A stretch of DNA of 64,000 bases from an uncultured Eubacteriales bacterium (lineage in GTDB: Bacteria > Bacillota > Clostridia > TANB77 > CAG-508): contig CASEIZ010000050.1 in the NCBI GenBank assembly GCA_949288185.1, positions 35,020-99,019 on the forward strand, in the 5' to 3' direction. The notes beneath the pieces were generated by a model, which was not told the DNA's origin, searched no databases, and saw only the letters and a list, made by a program, of their open reading frames with translations. A program made the translations under genes and the position numbers. Shown in pieces: positions 38,387 through 47,349 of this stretch. Positions within the stretch are counted from its first letter, which is position 1, and each line of letters starts with the position of its first letter.

Positions 38387-39532
38387 ATGATAAAAAGAAT
38401 GGCAAAAAAGAAAGGTAAGAGTTTTTCAAGCTTTCTAAAAAACCCGATTGATTTTACATTATTGATAACTATATTATTGTTGCTATCAATAGGATTAATT
38501 ATGCTACTTTCAGCAAGTTCGCCATCAGCACTTTCTGAAAGTGGAAATAGTTATTCATATTTTTTTAGACAGGCAATTTTTGCAATTGCTGGATTATTTA
38601 TGATGTGGGTAATTTCTAACATAGACTATCGATTTTATCAAAAATATTATAAATTGGCATATATTATTGCGTTTCTATTATTACTAGCAGTTCCATTTAT
38701 AGGAAGGGAAGTAAATGGTGCTAAAAGATGGATATATGTAACGGAGACACTTTCTATTCAACCATCTGAAATGGTAAAATTATTAATGATTATTTTTTAT
38801 GCAGGTGTATTAGTAAAAAATAGAGATGAATTAAACAAATATGGAAAAGGATTTGTTAAACATATAATATTGGTAGTGCCAATAATTGCATTATTATTAA
38901 TAGAGCCACATTTTAGTGCTTCAATGATTATTATTGGAATTGTAGCGATTATGATGATTATTGCAGGCTGTAAATTTTGGCATTTCCTTGTATCAGGTTT
39001 AGTAGTTGGAGTACCTGGAATTATAGGATTAATTTTTTTAGAACCATATAGATTACAAAGAGTTACAACTTTCTTAAACCCATGGAGTGATCCAACAGGA
39101 GATGGGTGGCAAGTCATTCAAAGTTTATATGCCATTGGTTCAGGAGGATTATTTGGAGCTGGATTAGGAGAAAGTAAACAAAAATATTTGTATATTCCAG
39201 AACCACATAATGACTTTATTTTCTCAATATTAGCAGAGGAATTAGGATTTATAGGATGTGCAGTCGTGATTATATTATTTGCCATATTTATATGGAGAGG
39301 TATATTAATTGCGATGAAATCACCAGATATGTTTGGAAGTTTAATCGCCATAGGAATTACGGCACAAGTTGCTATACAGGTTATTATTAACATAGCAGTT
39401 GTTACATCGTCAATGCCAGCAACAGGAATGCCATTACCATTCTTTAGTTATGGAGGAACATCATTATTTATATTACTCTGTGAGATGGGGGTACTCTTAA
39501 ATATTTCAAAAGCAGGTGCAAAAAAAGAGTGA
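38387..39532 (+). CDS. ftsW: SEDS-family peptidoglycan glycosyltransferase FtsW/SpoVE
   Basis: Polytopic membrane protein with motifs GAKRWI, QPSE, PEPHNDFIF and PFFSYGGTS. Confidence 0.85.
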   Translation: MIKRMAKKKGKSFSSFLKNPIDFTLLITILLLLSIGLIMLLSASSPSALSESGNSYSYFFRQAIFAIAGLFMMWVISNIDYRFYQKYYKLAYIIAFLLLLAVPFIGREVNGAKRWIYVTETLSIQPSEMVKLLMIIFYAGVLVKNRDELNKYGKGFVKHIILVVPIIALLLIEPHFSASMIIIGIVAIMMIIAGCKFWHFLVSGLVVGVPGIIGLIFLEPYRLQRVTTFLNPWSDPTGDGWQVIQSLYAIGSGGLFGAGLGESKQKYLYIPEPHNDFIFSILAEELGFIGCAVVIILFAIFIWRGILIAMKSPDMFGSLIAIGITAQVAIQVIINIAVVTSSMPATGMPLPFFSYGGTSLFILLCEMGVLLNISKAGAKKE

Positions 39533-39535
39533 AAT

Positions 39536-39738
39536 ATGTCCAATTGGGGACGTTTCTGTTTGGGGCATTTTTATGTAAAGTTATGTTCCTATATGAACTT
39601 TAAATTTTAGAAACAGTATTCCAAATTCAAAATTACAATTATACAAATTTTTGAAGATATAAAACTTACACAAAATGTTTCCAATAAGTATAAATTTACA
39701 TAAAAATGTCCCAAACAGAAACGTCCCCAATTGGACAT
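39536..39738. repeat. 203-bp palindromic element with 44-nt near-perfect arms between ftsW and murG
   Basis: ATGTCCAATTGGGGACGTTTCTGTTTGGGGCATTTTTATGTAAA pairs with TTTACATAAAAATGTCCCAAACAGAAACGTCCCCAATTGGACAT, with one indel. The interior is AT-rich. Confidence 0.85.
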
Positions 39739-39756
39739 CAGAAAGGAAAGAAGAAA

Positions 39757-40879
39757 ATGAAGGTAGTTATTGCAGCAGCAGGAACAGCAGGTCACATCAA
39801 TCCAGGATTAGCGATAGCAAAAAAAATACAAGAAGAACAAAAAGACTCTAAAATTATTTTTATAGGAACAACAAGAGGATTGGAAAATGATTTGGTTCCA
39901 AGAGCTGGATATGAATTAAAAACAATTGATGCATATGGATTAAGTAAAAAAATATCTATTGAAAATATGAAAAAAATGATAAAAACATTAAAAGGATTCG
40001 GAGAAGCAAAAAAAATATTAAAAGAAATCAATCCAGATGTTGTTATAGGTACTGGAGGATATATTTGTGGTGCAACCATTTCAGCAGCACATCGATTGAA
40101 AATTCCAACAGTATTACATGAAAGTAATGCTTTCCCAGGAAAAGCAGTAAAAATGCTAGCCAAAAAAACAGATACCATTTTAGTATCTTTTGAAGATGCG
40201 ATTGGAAGAATAAAACATGCAAAAAAAATTGTATATACAGGAACACCTGTAAAAATAAAAAAACAAAATTATTCAGAAGAACAAAAAGACGAGATTATCA
40301 AAAAAATCCGGATTAAAAAAAGATATGCCAATTGCGTTAGTATTTGGAGGAAGTCAAGGAGCAAGAAGAATTAATCAAGCGATAATGGAAATGATAAAAT
40401 CAGAGTCAAATAAAAATTATCAAATGATTTGGGCAACAGGACCAAAACAGTATGATATTGTAAAAGAAGAATTAGAAAATGAGCATAAAAATATTAACCA
40501 TATAAAAAATATGAAAATTTTTCCATATATATATAATATGGAGGAAATTATGAATATTGTAGATGTCATTGTAGCAAGAAGTGGAGCAATGACCATTACA
40601 GAAATTGCAAAGGTAGGAAAACCATCGATATTGGTGCCATTACCAAATGTCAGTCATGATCATCAATTATATAATGCAAAAGTATTACAAAATATAGATG
40701 CAGCAGATATTATATTAGATAATGAATTAGATGGAAAAAAATTAAATGCAAATATAGAAAAAATTGTATTAGACAAAAATAGGTGCCAAAAAATGGGCGA
40801 AAAAGCATTAACAGTTGCGACTGATGATGTAGAAAATAAAATATATGAGCAAGTTGTAGAAACTATAAGAAAACAATAG
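39757..40879 (+). CDS. murG: UDP-N-acetylglucosamine--N-acetylmuramyl-(pentapeptide) pyrophosphoryl-undecaprenol GlcNAc transferase, interrupted by a +1 frameshift in an A7 run (40300-40306)
   Basis: N-terminal part is MKVVIAAAGTAGHINPGLAIA. Removing one A restores IKKSGLKKDMPIALVFGGSQGARRINQ, which continues into the second ORF (40325..40879). Confidence 0.85.
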
Positions 40880-40945
40880 ATGCATGATTAAAATATCTGA
40901 GAAATTTTCTATAATAGCATAGAAATGGATGAGAGGGAAAAAATG

Positions 40946-42409
40946 TTTAGGAGTATTCAATTAAAAATAATTGTTGTATTTTTTTTGATAGGTATCATTG
41001 TCATTACAGGATTAGGACTTGTATATATACAATCAATTAATGATTTAGAAATCAATCTAACTAATAAAGAAATTGGAAATGTAGGAGAACTGGCTGAATA
41101 TATAGAACAAATGCGAAATACCAATATTACAGCATTAATTGTAGCAGGAGTCGTATTTTTAATAGCTGGTATTTTAATAGCCATCGTTTTATCTAGGTTT
41201 GTGATTTATCCGATTAATAAATTAATCAAAAGTGCAGAAAAAATAACAGAAGACGAAAAGAAAAAAGATAAAATGAATTCACCTAAAGAAGAAGTAAAAA
41301 AAGCTAAAAACAAAAAAGATATGGTGAGCATAGAAAATGTATTAGGTGTCATGACAACAGAGTTAAAAGAAAAATTAAGTGAAGTTTCTACACAAAAAAA
41401 TCAAATAGAGACCATTCTTCTACATATGACAGATGGAATTATTGCATTTAATATGGAAGGAGAAATTATCTTAATTAATCCAGCAGCCAAAAAATTCTTA
41501 AGTATTAGACCAGAAGATATCACGTTTGATGATATTTTTGCAAAATTTAAATTAGGAATTAATATGGAAAAAATTATTTATCTAGAAAACTGGACATCAA
41601 CAGAACAGAGAATTCAAGTAGAAGATAAATATATGAATGTATTTTTTGCGCCTTTTAAAAATGAATCAGATAGACCAAATGGTGTGATAGCCGTTATCCA
41701 AGATATAACAGAACATGTAAAATTGGACAACATGCAAAAAGAATTTGTGGCAGATGTATCACATGAATTAAAAACACCAATTACCTCTATTATGGGATAT
41801 GCAGATACTTTGCTAGAGGGAGAATATGATAAAGAAACACAGGACAAGTTTTTAAATGTGATTGCATCAGAAGCACGAAGAATGGCAAGACTTGTTACAG
41901 ACTTATTAACTTTATCAAGATATGATAATAATAAAAATAGGGTTAAAAAAGTATCTTTTGACTTAGGTGAATTAGTAAAAAAATGTCAAGATAAATTAGC
42001 CATAGAAATCAAAAAGAAAAATCATACAGTAAATTCTTTTGTAACAGCAGATGTTCCACCAGTTTATGCGGATAAAGATGATATTGAAAGAGTTATTTTA
42101 AATATTTTAACAAATAGTATTAAATATACACCAGAAGGTGGAGAAATCAAAATATATGTAGGATTTGTGTATAATGATGCTTACATAAAAATCTTTGACA
42201 ATGGGATTGGAATACCAGAAGAAGACTTATCTAGGATATTTGAAAGATTTTATAGAGTAGACAAAGCACGTACAAGAGAAATGGGAGGAACTGGTCTAGG
42301 ACTTTCTATTGCGAAAGAAATACTTGATAAAAATGGAGGAAGCATCGATATTAAAAGTACGGTTGGACAAGGTACAGAAGTTGTCATTCGAATTCCAACA
42401 AAAGATTAA
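40946..42409 (+). CDS. WalK/VicK-like sensor histidine kinase (TM, PAS, HisKA, HATPase)
   Basis: H-box FVADVSHELKTPITSIMGY, and N and G boxes NGIGIPEEDL and GGTGLGLSIAKEI. RBS GAGAGGGA favours the ATG at 40946. Confidence 0.8.
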   Translation, partial: FRSIQLKIIVVFFLIGIIVITGLGLVYIQSINDLEINLTNKEIGNVGELAEYIEQMRNTNITALIVAGVVFLIAGILIAIVLSRFVIYPINKLIKSAEKITEDEKKKDKMNSPKEEVKKAKNKKDMVSIENVLGVMTTELKEKLSEVSTQKNQIETILLHMTDGIIAFNMEGEIILINPAAKKFLSIRPEDITFDDIFAKFKLGINMEKIIYLENWTSTEQRIQVEDKYMNVFFAPFKNESDRPNGVIAVIQDITEHVKLDNMQKEFVADVSHELKTPITSIMGYADTLLEGEYDKETQDKFLNVIASEARRMARLVTDLLTLSRYDNNKNRVKKVSFDLGELVKKCQDKLAIEIKKKNHTVNSFVTADVPPVYADKDDIERVILNILTNSIKYTPEGGEIKIYVGFVYNDAYIKIFDNGIGIPEEDLSRIFERFYRVDKARTREMGGTGLGLSIAKEILDKNGGSIDIKSTVGQGTEVVIRIPTKD

Positions 42410-42506
42410 AGACATAGAATTATAAAAAAATACTAATTAGAATTGAAAAATAAAAAGATTTAATGTATAATAAATTAGATTTTTAAAAGTAAAAGGAGAG
42501 AGAAAG

Positions 42507-43145
42507 TTGAATCCAAAGATAAAAGAAATATTAGAATGGGTATATTGTATTATTATAGCAATTGTGTTAGCTTTATTATTCAGATATTTTATAGGAACAC
42601 CAACCATTGTTCAGCAAGTATCAATGAAACCAACATTAGAAGAGGGCCAGAGATTATGGTTAAATAGATGGTCAAGAACGACGAAAACATTACCAGAAAG
42701 AGGAGAAATTATTACATTTGAAGCACCAACGAAAAAGTTCTATACAAGTTCAGAAATTGACACAGATAATCCAGTGGCACAATATGAGAATGAACCAACC
42801 AATATATTTGGCAAATTTGTAAAATATGTATTAGAAATTGGAAAAGAAAGTTATATAAAAAGAGTTATAGCACTTCCAGGAGAACATGTAGAAATTAAAG
42901 AAGGAAAAGTATATATAAATGGAGAAGAATTAAATGAACCATATTTGCAAGATGGAGTTGTAACAGATGTGGAAGGTGCAGGCTTTTCAGATTTTGTTGT
43001 TCCAGAAAATGCAGTGTTTGCAATGGGAGATAATAGAACCCATAGTACAGACTGTAGAGCATTTGGTTGTATACCTTTAGAAAAAATAGAAAGTACAGTA
43101 GCGATAAGAATATGGCCATTAGATAAATGGGGACATGTAGATTAA
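42507..43145 (+). CDS. lepB: signal peptidase I
   Basis: TTG start after AAAGGAGAG. Motifs VSMKPTL (Ser), YIKRVIALPGE (Lys) and GDNRTHSTDCR. Confidence 0.85.
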   Translation: MNPKIKEILEWVYCIIIAIVLALLFRYFIGTPTIVQQVSMKPTLEEGQRLWLNRWSRTTKTLPERGEIITFEAPTKKFYTSSEIDTDNPVAQYENEPTNIFGKFVKYVLEIGKESYIKRVIALPGEHVEIKEGKVYINGEELNEPYLQDGVVTDVEGAGFSDFVVPENAVFAMGDNRTHSTDCRAFGCIPLEKIESTVAIRIWPLDKWGHVD

Positions 43146-43148
43146 AAG

Positions 43149-43175
43149 ATAGAGATTTTAGATCTCTATTTTTTG
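43149..43175 (+). terminator. rho-independent terminator after lepB
   Basis: ATAGAGAT pairs with ATCTCTAT, followed by T6. Confidence 0.7.
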
Positions 43176-43195
43176 CTTTTAAATCCATATTATTC

Positions 43196-43421
43196 AAGTT
43201 TCGGTTTTTTTAAGTTGAGGGCGGGGATGTTTATATTTTTTATGATTTCCTCGGTTTGCTCCATAGATGATAACTTCTAAATTTTCAATAAACGAGCCTC
43301 TCGCTGTTCGCGCTTCCTCATTTATTGAAAATTAAGAATTTATACATCTATTCCACGGCACATTCGTCAATGCATAAAAAATATAAACATCCCCGCCCTC
43401 AACTTGAAAAAACCGAAACTT
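43196..43421. repeat. 226-bp palindromic element (B/D family) with a conserved asymmetric G/C-rich core at 43290-43323
   Basis: Outer arms AAGTTTCGGTTTTTTTAAGTTGAGGGCGGGGATGTTTATATTTTTT and its complement. The core AAACGAGCCTCTCGCTGTTCGCGCTTCCTCATTT is the reverse complement of the 56738-56771 core, with about 3 substitutions. Confidence 0.85.
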
Positions 43422-43495
43422 AAGATATTTTCTGTTGAAAAATCAATTGTTTTAGTATATAATAATAAAGGTAAAGAAAAGGAGCGAACGCATTG

Positions 43496-44389
43496 ATGTT
43501 TGATGAAATAATTGGAAACGAGCCAATAAAGAATGAATTGAAAAGAGCAGTTGATGAAAATAAGGTATCACATAGCTATATGTTTGTGGGAATAGAAGGC
43601 ATAGGAAAACAAATGATGGCAAAAAGTTTTGCACAAATCATACTATGTACAAACGAAGAGGAAAAAGGGTGTCACAAATGTAAATCTTGTATTGAATTTA
43701 TGTCTCACAATCACCCTGATTTTTTATACTTAGAGCCAGATGGAAATAGTATAAAAATTGAACAAATTCGATATTTACAAAGAAAGATACAAGAAAAGCC
43801 AATTATTTCTAATAAAAAAGTATATATTATCAATGATGCTGACAAAATGACAACTGAGGCACAGAACTGTTTATTAAAAACATTAGAAGAACCACCAGAA
43901 TATAGTACAATGATACTGGTAGGTAGTAATGAAAATGCTTTTTTAAACACCATAAAATCAAGATGTATGAAGATTGCATTTCAACCGATTGAAGCCAAAT
44001 ATATAAAACAATATATGGAAGAAACATATGGTATGACAAATATTAGTTCAAACATGTTAGAAGCATTTCAAGGTAGTATTGGAAAAGCGATTCTATTAAA
44101 AGATAAAAAAGAGCAATATGAAAGCATAGAAAATATGATAGAAAAGCTAGATAAAACAGATATGACAGAATTAATAAAATTAGGGGAACCACTATATCAA
44201 TCTAAAGATGAAATTATAAATATATTAGATTATATAAATATAGTCTTATTACGATTAGCAAAAGAAAACACACAATATGCAAATTGTATTGATATCATAG
44301 AAAATACAAAAAAAAGATTGAATCAAAATGCAAATTATGATATGTGTATAGATAACATGATATTTAATATGTGGGAGGAAGTAAATTGA
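43496..44389 (+). CDS. holB: DNA polymerase III subunit delta'
   Basis: HSYMFVGIEGIGK, the Zn-module CHKCKSC, and LLKTLEEPP. Synteny holB-ricT. Confidence 0.85.
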   Translation: MFDEIIGNEPIKNELKRAVDENKVSHSYMFVGIEGIGKQMMAKSFAQIILCTNEEEKGCHKCKSCIEFMSHNHPDFLYLEPDGNSIKIEQIRYLQRKIQEKPIISNKKVYIINDADKMTTEAQNCLLKTLEEPPEYSTMILVGSNENAFLNTIKSRCMKIAFQPIEAKYIKQYMEETYGMTNISSNMLEAFQGSIGKAILLKDKKEQYESIENMIEKLDKTDMTELIKLGEPLYQSKDEIINILDYINIVLLRLAKENTQYANCIDIIENTKKRLNQNANYDMCIDNMIFNMWEEVN

Positions 44390-45297
44390 AAGATATTGTA
44401 GGAGTTAGGTTTAAAAAATTAGGAAAAATCTATTTCTTTAACCCAAAAAAATGGAGATTGAAAAAAGGTGATAAAGTTATTGTAGAAACAGCACAAGGAG
44501 AAGAATTTGGAGAAGTCATGATTCCGAATAGAGCTGTTCCAGAAGATAAGATTGTAGAACCTTTAAAGGTAGTTATTAGAATTGCCAATGGAAAAGATTA
44601 CAAACGTTATGATGAATGTAAAGCGCTAGAGAAGAAGGCATTTGAAGTATGTAAAAAGAAAATAAAAGAACATGGGTTGGAAATGACATTAACAGATGTA
44701 GAAGTAAAATTTGATAATAGTAAAATCTTATTCTATTTTACAGCAGATGGAAGAATTGACTTTAGAGAATTAGTAAAAGACTTAGCAGCTATATATAAAA
44801 CAAGAATTGAACTAAGACAAATTGGTGTAAGAGATGAAGTTAGAAAAATTGGTGGAAATGGTGTATGTGGAAGAGAATTATGTTGTTGTACATTTTTAAA
44901 TGATTTTGAAGCTGTATCTATCAAAATGGCAAAAGAACAAAATATTTCTTTAAACCCTTCAAAAATATCAGGTAATTGTGGAAGACTAATGTGTTGTTTA
45001 AAATATGAAAGCGAAGTTTATGAAGAAAAATTGAAAAAATTACCACATATAGGAGCCATCGTAAAAACAGAAGAAGGAGAGGGAGAAGTAGATTCTATTG
45101 AAACTCTTAAAGAAAGAGTAAGAGTAAAAATTAAAGATGGAGATACATATATTTATAGAAGATATGATGTAAAAGATATTCAAGTCATTAAAGATGCAGA
45201 AAAAGAAAGATTAGACCAAGAAGAAATTGAACATCAAAAAGAATTAGAAGAATTAGAAAAATTAGAAAAAGAAGATGAAGGAATGAGAGAAGAATAG
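44386..45297 (+). CDS. ricT: PSP1-domain protein RicT/YaaT
   Basis: VGVRFKKLGKIYFF and Cys clusters (GVCGRELCCC, GNCGRLMCC). The TTG at 44386 follows GGGAGGAAG and overlaps the holB stop. Confidence 0.85.
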   Translation: MKDIVGVRFKKLGKIYFFNPKKWRLKKGDKVIVETAQGEEFGEVMIPNRAVPEDKIVEPLKVVIRIANGKDYKRYDECKALEKKAFEVCKKKIKEHGLEMTLTDVEVKFDNSKILFYFTADGRIDFRELVKDLAAIYKTRIELRQIGVRDEVRKIGGNGVCGRELCCCTFLNDFEAVSIKMAKEQNISLNPSKISGNCGRLMCCLKYESEVYEEKLKKLPHIGAIVKTEEGEGEVDSIETLKERVRVKIKDGDTYIYRRYDVKDIQVIKDAEKERLDQEEIEHQKELEELEKLEKEDEGMREE

Positions 45298-45411
45298 AAA
45301 GAAAAAAGCACCAAAAACCAACACTAAACACCAATCATAAAAACAAAGAATAAATAAAGAATCAAAACGTAGAAACAATAGAGAAACAAGAAATTAAAGG
45401 AGGTGAATATA

Positions 45412-45582
45412 ATGGCATATAAAATAACAGATAAATGTATATCATGTGGTGCTTGTGCAGCTGAATGTCCAGTTGGATGTATATCACAAGGAGATGATAA
45501 ATTTGTAATTGACCAATCAGCTTGTATAAGCTGTGGAACTTGTGCAGGTGTTTGCCCAGTAGAAGCTCCAGAAGAAGAATAA
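45412..45582 (+). CDS. fdx: 2x[4Fe-4S] clostridial-type ferredoxin (56 aa), not in the ORF track
   Basis: MAYKITDKCISCGACAAECPVGCISQGDDKFVIDQSACISCGTCAGVCPVEAPEEE, preceded by AAAGGAGGTG. Confidence 0.9.
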   Translation: MAYKITDKCISCGACAAECPVGCISQGDDKFVIDQSACISCGTCAGVCPVEAPEEE

Positions 45583-45702
45583 GATTACATTTACATAGAC
45601 ATGATAAGAAAATATAAAACCATGATGCATTTCTATATAGAATTTATCATGGCTTTTTCTATATAAATACAGGTAAATTTGTTATAAAAAGGAGAAATAG
45701 AA

Positions 45703-46351
45703 ATGGAAACATTAATCGTATCAGGTGGAGAAATAAATATAGAACAATTAAAAACATATTGTGAAAAGCATATACGGTCAGAATATTATTGTATGTGATA
45801 GAGGATTAGAAGCATTATATCAACTAAAAATTATACCAAACCATGTAGTAGGAGATTTTGATTCCGTTTCTTCTGAAGTTCTAGAATTTTATAAAAAGCA
45901 AACTCAAATTATTTTTCATACATATAATGCTGAAAAAGATAATACAGATACAGATATTGCTTTAAAGTTAGCAACTAGGTTAAAAAGCTCTAAGATTACA
46001 ATTCTAGGAGCATTAGGAAAAAGGATGGATCATGCAATTGCCAATATTCATATTTTAAAAGATGCTTTAGAAGCAGAAATACCTTGTCAAATTCTGGATG
46101 AATATAATCGAATTTATCTAATAAATAAAGAAACGACTTTAGAGAAGGAAAAAGTTTATGGAAAATATGTATCTTTAATTCCTTTGACTAGCACAGTGGA
46201 AGGATTAACTTTAACAGGTTTTAAATATCCTTTAAATCATTATACTTTACCGATAGGAACCAGTTTAGGTATTAGTAATGAAATCATAACAGATACAGCA
46301 CATATTGAGATGAAAAAAGGCATTTTGATTGTGATAGAAAGCAGAGATTAA
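45703..46351 (+). CDS. thiN: thiamine pyrophosphokinase, interrupted by a frameshift near 45764-45775
   Basis: The conserved N-terminus METLIVSGGEI (RBS AAAAGGAG) is in frame 1 and stops at 45796-45798. The remainder (QNIIVCDRGLE...VGDFDS) is in frame 2. Confidence 0.75.
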
Positions 46352-46391
46352 AAAAAGGGAATTTTGAGTCCGTCCCCAAAATCCCTTTTTT
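46351..46391. terminator. bidirectional terminator with a GGGGACG-type loop between thiN and the oxidoreductase operon
   Basis: AAAAAAGGGAATTTTG pairs with CCAAAATCCCTTTTTT. The loop region contains CGTCCCC. Confidence 0.7.
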
Positions 46392-46392
46392 A

Positions 46393-47349
46393 TTATTTAT
46401 TTTTATTTGTGACTTCTTCTAAGTCTAATAATTCTTGCCATCTTTCATCAACAATTCTTTGGAAATCTTCTATCATCCACTCATTACCAGGTTTAAACAT
46501 ATGTCTAAATCTTTTTTGTGGTTTTAAGAATTCTTCAATTGGTAATTTTTTAGCTGGTTTATATGAAATATGATATACACCATTAACAACTTCATATAAT
46601 GGCCAATAGCATGTTTCAACAGCAAGTTTATTGATTTTCATTAAATCTTCTGTTGGATATCCCCATCCTCTAGGACATGGTGATAATACATTTAAAAATG
46701 CTGGTCCTTCTGTATAAATGGCTTTTTCAGCTTTTTCATATAAATCTTTGAAATTCATATAGGCAATGGTTTGCGCAACATAAGGAATATGATGTCCAAC
46801 CATGATTTTACTTAAATCTTTTCTACATTGTGTTTTTCCAGGAATAACGGTTCCAGCAGGTGAGGTAGTGGTATCTGCATATTTAGGAGTTGCAGAAGAA
46901 CGTTGAATACCTGTATTCATGTATGCACCATTATCATAACATACATATACCATATCATGTCCTCTTTCCATAGCACCTGATAAAGATTGTAAACCGATAT
47001 CATATGTTCCACCATCTCCACCAAAGGCGATGAATTTTGTATCTCCATCAGCTGGTAATTTTCCTTGTTTTTTCATAGAAACATAAGCTGCTTCTGCTCC
47101 GGCAAGTGTAGCACCTGCACATTCAAAAGCTGTATGTATAAATGAATCTGTCCAAGCAGTATATGGATAGATAAAAGTAGAAACTTCCATACATCCAGTG
47201 GCATTGGCAACAACTGCATGGTCTTCTGGTTTTAAAGCTCTCATAATATGTCTTGCAACAGGAGGAGCTCCACAACCAGCACACATTCTGTGTCCAGCAG
47301 TAAATCTTGAAGGTTTATTCGCAACGATTTCTTTTACATTATAAGGCAT
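46393..47349 (-). CDS. 2-oxoacid:ferredoxin oxidoreductase beta subunit (TPP-binding; Por/Vor type)
   Basis: CAGCG and GGDGGTYDIG TPP motifs. The start overlaps the upstream stop (TAATG). Confidence 0.85.
   Translation of the reverse strand: MPYNVKEIVANKPSRFTAGHRMCAGCGAPPVARHIMRALKPEDHAVVANATGCMEVSTFIYPYTAWTDSFIHTAFECAGATLAGAEAAYVSMKKQGKLPADGDTKFIAFGGDGGTYDIGLQSLSGAMERGHDMVYVCYDNGAYMNTGIQRSSATPKYADTTTSPAGTVIPGKTQCRKDLSKIMVGHHIPYVAQTIAYMNFKDLYEKAEKAIYTEGPAFLNVLSPCPRGWGYPTEDLMKINKLAVETCYWPLYEVVNGVYHISYKPAKKLPIEEFLKPQKRFRHMFKPGNEWMIEDFQRIVDERWQELLDLEEVTNKNK

Noticed and set aside
39536-39738. The long palindromes (also 43196-43421, 49611-50000 and 56636-56871) were considered as retron msr/msd, IS200/605 ends or classical MITEs.
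   Set aside because: No reverse transcriptase, TnpA/TnpB or other transposase lies nearby, and no flanking target-site duplications are visible. The origin stays open and is reported as a finding instead.
45583-45702. Looked for a TPP riboswitch upstream of thiN, and for other riboswitch or T-box leaders in the larger 5' regions (9484-9769, 4159-4252).
   Set aside because: No conserved cores (for example CUGAGA/ACCUGA for TPP, or a T-box specifier/AGAGA/T-box motif) were seen. Only simple hairpins are present.
46364-46573. ORF-track ORFs lying in repeats or terminators: 46364..46573 (+), 39607..39795 (-), 5584..5766 (-), 5676..5867 (-), 50784..50993 (-) and 50810..51097 (-).
   Set aside because: They run through hairpin or repeat DNA or antisense to good genes, lack an SD, and have implausible composition.
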